Positions 58,749 to 64,000 of a stretch of DNA of 64,000 bases are shown here, piece after piece (the stretch's first letter is position 1; every line of letters begins with the position of its first letter). The position numbers were made by a program, and so were the translations under genes. The notes under the pieces were generated by a model that was given only the letters and a program-made list of their open reading frames with translations, searched no databases and was not told the origin of the DNA. The stretch is taken from contig DIXO01000001.1 in the NCBI GenBank assembly GCA_002428735.1, forward strand, positions 57,580 through 121,579. Direction: 5' to 3'. Origin of the DNA: Syntrophaceae bacterium UBA6078 (GTDB taxonomy: Bacteria; Desulfobacterota; Syntrophia; Syntrophales; UBA2210).

Positions 58749-60944
58749 CTATGCTACGGGCAGTTCGACGGTTACGATGGTTCCACCCTCCGTATTGTCG
58801 GTTATCTTCACGGAACCGTTATGATCGGATACAATGGAGCTCACAATGACAAGGCCGAGACCCGTCCCCGCCTTTTTTGTTGAAAAGTACGGTTCAAAGA
58901 GCCTCATCTTGTCTTCAGGCGAGATCCCGAGGCCGTTATCCCTGACAGCCAGATAGACCATTCTGTGTCTCTTCTCATATCGGGTACTGATTTCAATCCT
59001 TCCATCATGATCCACCGCCGAGACGGCCGCAACCGCATTGTCCAGGAGGTTGACCATCGCCCTCTTTACCTGCTCCGCATCGATATTGAGAATCGGGATA
59101 CGGGAATCCTTCTGAAAATCGAAGGCAATCTCTCTGTGGGCATCCTGGAAGAGGATAACCGCGTCTTCGACCACCGCGTTCAAGTCATTGGGGGACGGAT
59201 TGGTCACGGGCATCCTCGCGAACTGGGAGAATTCATTGACCAGGTTCTTCAGGAGTTCCACCTGATTGATGATGGTCTTCGTACACTCATGAAACACGGA
59301 ATCCGTTTCTCCATCGAGTCTGTCCCCGTATTTTCGCTGCAGCCGCTCCGCGCTCAGTTTGACGGGCGTCAGGGGATTCTTGATTTCATGGGCGATTCTT
59401 TTCGCGGCCTCTCTCCACGCGGCTATGCGCTCGGATTTTTGGAGCTGTGTGATGTCCTCGAACACGGCCACAATCCCCATGTACTGATTGTTATCATCTT
59501 TCAGGAGGGTCGCGGATATGAGAAGAACCATCACCTCATCCTTGACCGTCAGCTGCATCTGCCGCTCCACAAAGCCGCCATCGTTGGCGCGCAATTCCTG
59601 GAGAAGCTCATGGACCATCTCCATCTGTTCCGGTTTCAGAACATTCTCAAAGCGTCTGTTGAGGATCTCCTCTCCCCGTATGCCCAGCATCTTTTCAGCG
59701 GCGCTGTTGATGGTGCTCACCACATTATCCCTGTCGACGGAAACAACGCCGGCTGAAACATTGCGGAGAACCGTTTCCATATAGCTTCTGCGTTGTTCAA
59801 GATCCGCGTTGACCCGCTTCAATTCGAGGCTTCTTTCTTTCAGATCCTTCGTCATCTGGTTGAATGAATCGGCCAGGACTCCAATCTCATCTTCCGCGAG
59901 AACATCTATGTGGTAATCAAGGTTGCCGTGGGCGACCTCATGGGTCGCCTCGGCAAGTTCATGCACGGGAACGGTGATCCCCTTCGCCAGAAAGAGACCA
60001 AACCACATGGAAGAAAAGATTATCAGAAGGGTAACAATGAAGAGGGTCACGATATAACTGATCTTTAGGGGATTTTTCAACAGTTTCAGCTGGTCGTATT
60101 CCTCGGCTGTCCGGGATATGACGGCCATCTTATCAATCAATTCCTTATCCATATAATAACTGACAGCGATGATCCCGATAACCTCTTTCGGAGTAAAATT
60201 GGAATAGATCGGGGCTATCCCGCTGATGAGATCGCCCCCTCCCACGGAGCTGACCATGGAAAGGTCCTTCCCCATAAAAATGTCTTCCAGGGTCCGGGGA
60301 GAAAACCGGGGGGCGAGGATATCGGGATTGTCAGGGTCCTTGAGAAAGAGCTCCTCATTTCTGTTGTCAAAGCGGACGAGGACGGTTCCGAGCCTGAAAT
60401 GCCGCTGCCGTTGAGTCAGGAAGCCCTTGAGATACTCGGACTGTTCTTTCTCATAGAGCTTGTTGTCGGTTATCTCAGAACCGATCTGAAGCGCGTAATT
60501 CTTCGCATTATCCGAAAGCCGCTGATAGTAATCCTGGGCAACCTCAAGGGACAGGGTAAACGCCCTCCCCATCTTGATGTCAAAACGGCTGTCTATGCTG
60601 TATGTGAGAAACTGAATGGAAACCAGAAACAGGACGACCGTGGGGATCAGGGAAAGGATCATGAAGGCGACAACGAGCTTTGTTCTCAGCTTTGAACCCA
60701 GAATTCCCCGTCTTCGCTCAAATATGAGTTTGGTCAGATTTCGCGCGATCAGAAAAACAAGAAAGATGATCAGGATCAGATTGATATTGATCAGGCCGAA
60801 AATAAGCACCTCATTGGACATCGGCAGAAGAACATCGATGGTGGAAAGGTGGCTTTCTATGTAGGTGAGAACAATGATGACGGCGATGACAACCAGTATG
60901 GCGATGCGTTCTCTTCGGCGTTTTTTTAATTCATCAGCATCCAT
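58749..60944 (-). CDS. NtrY-like sensor histidine kinase (TM-HAMP-PAS-HisKA-HATPase)
   Basis: 731-aa ORF. N-terminal TM helices are followed by a ~200-aa extracytoplasmic-looking segment, a further TM helix and a HAMP domain. Then come a PAS-like region, the H-box IAHEIKNPLTPVK and the ATPase boxes (NAVAA, DNGLGI, GTGLGL). Confidence 0.85.
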   Translation of the reverse strand: MDADELKKRRRERIAILVVIAVIIVLTYIESHLSTIDVLLPMSNEVLIFGLININLILIIFLVFLIARNLTKLIFERRRGILGSKLRTKLVVAFMILSLIPTVVLFLVSIQFLTYSIDSRFDIKMGRAFTLSLEVAQDYYQRLSDNAKNYALQIGSEITDNKLYEKEQSEYLKGFLTQRQRHFRLGTVLVRFDNRNEELFLKDPDNPDILAPRFSPRTLEDIFMGKDLSMVSSVGGGDLISGIAPIYSNFTPKEVIGIIAVSYYMDKELIDKMAVISRTAEEYDQLKLLKNPLKISYIVTLFIVTLLIIFSSMWFGLFLAKGITVPVHELAEATHEVAHGNLDYHIDVLAEDEIGVLADSFNQMTKDLKERSLELKRVNADLEQRRSYMETVLRNVSAGVVSVDRDNVVSTINSAAEKMLGIRGEEILNRRFENVLKPEQMEMVHELLQELRANDGGFVERQMQLTVKDEVMVLLISATLLKDDNNQYMGIVAVFEDITQLQKSERIAAWREAAKRIAHEIKNPLTPVKLSAERLQRKYGDRLDGETDSVFHECTKTIINQVELLKNLVNEFSQFARMPVTNPSPNDLNAVVEDAVILFQDAHREIAFDFQKDSRIPILNIDAEQVKRAMVNLLDNAVAAVSAVDHDGRIEISTRYEKRHRMVYLAVRDNGLGISPEDKMRLFEPYFSTKKAGTGLGLVIVSSIVSDHNGSVKITDNTEGGTIVTVELPVA

Positions 60945-61146
60945 CTGTATGCCACCGCGTCAGACGGCATGTATCTTGGAGGGCTAAAACGCGAGCGCCA
61001 GAGAGAACGCCGACCACGGGCCAATCTGCCGCTTCGTCCCGAAGATACATGCAGTGTATATCCCGTATTGTTCCAACAACGAATGAAACCTGAGTCAACC
61101 ACCCGGACACCGACTCGCTTCGCTCGCTGGTATGAATTCTGCCTGC

Positions 61147-61178
61147 AATTTTTACCGCGTCAACGACTTGTAAAAATT
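61147..61178. repeat. Hairpin/palindrome copy A (variant arms)
   Basis: AATTTTTAC, then 14 nt (CGCGTCAACGACTT), then GTAAAAATT. The arms are perfect over 9 bp. Confidence 0.85.
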
Positions 61179-61201
61179 GGGCTTTATTCATTCGACTTGC
61201 C

Positions 61202-61231
61202 GGTTTCACTGCGTCAAAGATTTGTGAAACC
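61202..61231. repeat. Hairpin/palindrome copy B
   Basis: GGTTTCAC, then 14 nt (TGCGTCAAAGATTT), then GTGAAACC. The arms are perfect over 8 bp. Confidence 0.85.
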
Positions 61232-61288
61232 TGAGTCAATCACCCGGACACCGACTCGCTTCGATCGCTGGTGTTAATTCGACTTGCC

Positions 61289-61318
61289 GGTTTCACTGCG
61301 TCAAAAACTTGTGAAACC
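61289..61318. repeat. Hairpin/palindrome copy C
   Basis: GGTTTCAC, then 14 nt (TGCGTCAAAAACTT), then GTGAAACC. The arms are perfect over 8 bp. Confidence 0.85.
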
Positions 61319-61327
61319 TGAGTCTCA

Positions 61328-61882
61328 TTAATATACGAAGTCCTGTCTCGCCCAGTCGGTTTCAAAATCCCACAGGGACACGAAAAAGAAAACGTACTCC
61401 AGATGCAGCGGAAGACGAACCGCATCCAGTTTCGCCTTTGCCCGCAGATAGTAGCGTTCCCCCCTTGTCAGCTCCGTCAGAGGCGTCAATGAGACGCCGT
61501 TCAGTTCGGCCATCGCGTCCTTCGCCTCTGAAAATTCCTTGAACTGCTCCGGCTCTTTCCCCTCTTCGCTGAAGAGGACATAAAAGATTTTTTTAATATT
61601 GTCGTATTTGATCGTGTGCCTCACCTCATGGACAGACACCTTTTTATCAAACCACCAGCGACGCTCCCGGCATAATTCCAGAATAACCGTAAAGGTGGTC
61701 GGGATTCCGGCGAGGATCGCCTCCTCCATCTTTTCCGTAAAACAGTTTTCCAGTTTCAGATACACAAGCAGGTGTTCTGGCGTATTGCTTATCAGCAGAT
61801 CCGCGACTTTCGCTTCCGCCGCGAATCCGTGCACCGGAAAAAGAAAACAGCACGCTACTATGAGGAGTTTGCAACAGCGCAT
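61328..61882 (-). CDS. Secreted protein of unknown function (DUF4390-like)
   Basis: 184-aa ORF with the signal peptide MRCCKLLIVACCFLFPVHGFAAEA. The family name is from memory of DUF4390 genes lying next to NtrY-type kinases and has not been verified. Confidence 0.55.
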   Translation of the reverse strand: MRCCKLLIVACCFLFPVHGFAAEAKVADLLISNTPEHLLVYLKLENCFTEKMEEAILAGIPTTFTVILELCRERRWWFDKKVSVHEVRHTIKYDNIKKIFYVLFSEEGKEPEQFKEFSEAKDAMAELNGVSLTPLTELTRGERYYLRAKAKLDAVRLPLHLEYVFFFVSLWDFETDWARQDFVY

Positions 61883-62006
61883 GGGACTTATTCTCCGGCG
61901 CGTCAGATGGGGCAGCCGAGTGAAACGGCGAACTCCAGCGCCGGATCATACTAAGGAAAGGAAGCCCAAAAATCAAGGCTTATTTGGGTGTCGATCGGGG
62001 CAGGGG

Positions 62007-62948
62007 TTAATCGGCGGCAGGCAGTGAAACCTCATCCGGAGAATCATAGGGGCGGGCGTCGATGATATCATCGAACAGTTCCCATTGGCCGTTGAAATAA
62101 TGGACCATCTCCCAGCGCTCCCGGTGCTCCAGGAGTGTTTTCAGAAGGAGATTGTTGAGCCGGTGGCCGGACCGGTACGCCACGAAGTGGCCGATGATGG
62201 GCATCCCGAGGAGGGACAGGTCTCCAATGGCATCCAGCACCTTGTGCTTCACAAACTCATCAGGGAATCGAAGCCCTTCTTTATTGATAATCTTTTCTTC
62301 ACCCAGGACTATGGCGTTGCGAAGAGAGCCTCCCAGAGCCAGGCCCCGCGCCTGAAGATACTCGACCTCATGGAGAAAACCGAAGGTGCGGGCCGCGCAG
62401 ATATCACGTTCGTAAGCCTCGGGAGAAAAGACCATATCGCATGATTGTCTCCCTATCAATGGGTGACTGAAATCTATATCATAGGTTATCCTGAACTCAG
62501 GGGAGGGAAGTAGGGCGGCGTGTCCCTCATCATCGGAGACGGAAACCGGCTCCTTTATCACCACGCACCGTTTTGGCTTATCCTGCGATTTGATGCCCGC
62601 ATTCTTGAGAAAATTGACAAAAGGGAGAGAACTGCCATCCATGATCGGGATTTCGAAGGAATCCGTTTCGATAATCGCGTTGTCTATCCCCATGCCGAAA
62701 CACGCGGACAGGAGGTGTTCAACCGTGGAAATCCTGGTCCCATTCGTTCCCAGAGTCGTTGCCAGCGTCGTGTCGGACACGCTGAGCGGCTCCGCTTTGA
62801 TTCCGTCGCTTCCCGGCTGGTCGCTCCGGTAAAACACGATGCCTTCATCAACTCCCGCCGGCCTGATGGTCATATTGATCTTCCTGCCCGAGTGGAGTCC
62901 CACACTTTTGCAGGATATCTCTTTTCCAATGGTCTTTTGTACGTACAT
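62007..62948 (-). CDS. lpxC: UDP-3-O-acyl-N-acetylglucosamine deacetylase
   Basis: 313 aa from the ATG at 62948 (MYVQKTIGKEISCKSVGLHSGRKINMTIRPA), with ...TVEHLLSA... and HFVAYRSGHRLNN motifs. The track ORF has 20 extra upstream codons. Confidence 0.92.
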   Translation of the reverse strand: MYVQKTIGKEISCKSVGLHSGRKINMTIRPAGVDEGIVFYRSDQPGSDGIKAEPLSVSDTTLATTLGTNGTRISTVEHLLSACFGMGIDNAIIETDSFEIPIMDGSSLPFVNFLKNAGIKSQDKPKRCVVIKEPVSVSDDEGHAALLPSPEFRITYDIDFSHPLIGRQSCDMVFSPEAYERDICAARTFGFLHEVEYLQARGLALGGSLRNAIVLGEEKIINKEGLRFPDEFVKHKVLDAIGDLSLLGMPIIGHFVAYRSGHRLNNLLLKTLLEHRERWEMVHYFNGQWELFDDIIDARPYDSPDEVSLPAAD

Positions 62949-63134
62949 CTGCCCGCCTTTCGGAGAAGAGAGCAGCAATAAGCATACCAGGCATCCGAAG
63001 AGGGGCACCGGATGTCCATCGATTACGCAACACTATGGGATTACGAAGAGTATTTTTCTCGTGCCGGTTTCTGACTACTGCATCATGGGCACCCGATCCC
63101 CATAAAGGTGTGTTGAAAAAGACACACGGATGTG

Positions 63135-63668
63135 TCAGGGTCCTTTATAAAATCTCTCCTTTTCGCTGTAGATGCATCCACAGTACTGCTGGCGGTAAAT
63201 CTTCAATTCCCGGGAGATCCTGATTCCCTCCTGCCACCCCTCCCTGAAATCGCGGTAATAAAATCCCACATCGTATTTCTTTTCGAGACTCTCCCCCACT
63301 TCCTTCATACGATTGTGATCCTGAAACCTGCTGTAGAGAAGCGTCGTGGTGAAGGCGTCAAATTTTCCCTTCCGGGCGACGCGGGCGGCATGACTCATGC
63401 GCAGGTGGTAACAGTACGCGCACCGCGCCTCCTCCCTGAAGGCCACGCCCCTGAGGAATTCCTCCATGGGATAGTCGTCGAACCGGATCAGCCGCATATC
63501 CACATCGCGGGCATACTGGATCAGTGCGTCCAGCCTCCGGGCATATTCGGTGTAGGGTTGAATATTCGGATTGTAGAAAAGACCGGCAACCTCATGCCCC
63601 TCCTGTCTCAATACATCGAGAGGGTAGATGGCGCAGGGCGCGCAGCAGATGTGGAGTAATATCTTCAT
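63135..63668 (-). CDS. queH: Epoxyqueuosine reductase QueH (DUF208)
   Basis: 177-aa ORF with MKILLHICCAPCAIYPL...YNPNIQPYTEY...CYHLR...QQYCGCIYSE, the Cys pattern of QueH. Confidence 0.8.
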   Translation of the reverse strand: MKILLHICCAPCAIYPLDVLRQEGHEVAGLFYNPNIQPYTEYARRLDALIQYARDVDMRLIRFDDYPMEEFLRGVAFREEARCAYCYHLRMSHAARVARKGKFDAFTTTLLYSRFQDHNRMKEVGESLEKKYDVGFYYRDFREGWQEGIRISRELKIYRQQYCGCIYSEKERFYKGP

Positions 63669-63745
63669 GCCCTCATTCCGGGTGGACCGGTTCGGTCTTC
63701 AGAGGCGGCGCAGATCAAAGCCCTCCCCTTCAGTACAGACCGTTT

Positions 63746-64000
63746 TCAGAACAGTTCCTCCTGTTGCCTCGAAATCCATTTTTTTCCGAAGTGTTCGTAG
63801 GCAAGGCGGGTCGCGACCCTCCCCCGCGTCGTGCGGTGAAGAAACCCTTCTTGGATCAGGTAGGGTTCGTAGACATCCTCAATGGTGTTCCTTTCCTCTC
63901 CGATGGCGGAGGAAAGACTGTCGATGCCGACCGGTCCGCCGTCGAATTTGTCGATCAAGGTCAAAAGGATGGTCCGGTCCATGAAATCGAATCCGCGATG
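63746..64000 (-). CDS. ruvB: Holliday junction helicase RuvB, C-terminal part (gene runs off the right edge)
   Basis: The frame is open to the window edge. ...[58 protein letters not shown] is the conserved RuvB winged-helix C-terminus. Confidence 0.9.
   Translation of the reverse strand, partial: HRGFDFMDRTILLTLIDKFDGGPVGIDSLSSAIGEERNTIEDVYEPYLIQEGFLHRTTRGRVATRLAYEHFGKKWISRQQEELF

Larger units (their letters stand above)
61084..61324. repeat. Tandem direct repeat of 141 + 87 + 13 nt (87-nt unit; first copy carries a 54-nt insertion)
   Basis: Copies start with TGAAACCTGAGTC at 61084, 61225 and 61312. Copies 1 and 2 differ at 6 of 87 aligned positions. The insertion in copy 1 (61138-61191) is flanked by AATTC/CATTC. 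Confidence 0.9.

Noticed and set aside
61084-61324. Possible CRISPR array.
   Set aside because: There are only about 2.2 repeat units. The spacers are themselves part of the repeated unit and are not unique. The unit length of 87 nt is wrong for CRISPR, and there are no cas genes or leader in the window.
60934-61425. Two minus-strand ORFs (60934-61239 and 61240-61425) share the repeated peptide TQVSQ[IV]FDAVKPASR...SERSESVSG.
   Set aside because: The peptide repetition is simply the translation of the tandem DNA repeat. The ORFs have no RBS, they straddle the end of the DUF4390-like gene and the start of the kinase gene, and the repeat boundaries ignore the reading frame.
62949-63008. N-terminal extensions in the ORF track. 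They affect lpxC (20 codons), the M23 peptidase (41), carB (29), the acyl-CoA synthetase (19), the UPF0104 protein (24), tpiA (16), rpmC (18), rpoB (10) and the OYE gene (20).
   Set aside because: In each case the conserved family N-terminus starts at an internal ATG or TTG with a better Shine-Dalgarno sequence. The extension would also overlap the upstream gene or add non-conserved residues.

Overview
This is a 64-kb chromosomal window, about 55-65% GC by hand counts of sample lines, from a Gram-negative bacterium (lpxC is present). A Desulfobacterota/deltaproteobacterium-like anaerobe is my guess only. All calls rest on reading the sequence and the ORF track; no searches were run. Layout: (1) 1-20.2 kb, all minus strand, holds the ribosomal super-operon: rplX...rpsJ, tuf, rpsG, rpsL, rpoC, rpoB, rplL, rplJ, rplA, rplK, nusG, secE, tRNA-Trp, rpmG (49 aa, absent from the ORF track) and tRNA Thr-Gly-Tyr-Thr. 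fusA is absent between rpsG and tuf. (2) 20.4-30.1 kb, minus strand, holds an AMMECR1/Memo pair and then a compact 10-gene type II FAS-like cluster: FabD, acyl-CoA dehydrogenase, KASIII, FabA-like dehydratase, ketoreductase, FabZ-like dehydratase, KAS I/II, ACP, PlsC-type acyltransferase and PPTase. A good sigma-54 promoter match, an IHF-like site and a perfect 9-bp palindrome precede it, and a polytopic histidine kinase plus sigma-54 activator are encoded divergently (30.5-33.5 kb). (3) 33.5-35.9 kb holds gap-tpiA-secG-tRNA-Leu. (4) 35.9-38.4 kb is a ~43% GC single-gene island next to tRNA-Leu, encoding a FadH/old-yellow-enzyme-type flavoprotein. (5) 38.4-41.8 kb holds two translationally coupled paralogous ~560-580 aa P-loop GTPases with C-terminal hydrophobic hairpins; both carry DxPD in place of the DxxG G3 motif. 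(6) 42-54.4 kb holds central metabolism genes: a Fe-S protein, a crotonase, fbp, a class II aldolase, a PrpE/Acs-like ligase with an orphan ATP-grasp domain, carB and purF. (7) 54.4-64 kb holds envelope and signalling genes: an M23 peptidase, a lipoprotein, a UPF0104 membrane protein, an NtrY/NtrX-like pair, a DUF4390-like gene, lpxC, queH and partial ruvB. The DUF4390-ntrY spacer contains a 141/87/13-bp tandem repeat carrying three hairpins whose arms show compensatory changes. The best candidates for undescribed biology are the tandem GTPase pair, the sigma-54-linked accessory lipid cluster and the repeat/hairpin array.
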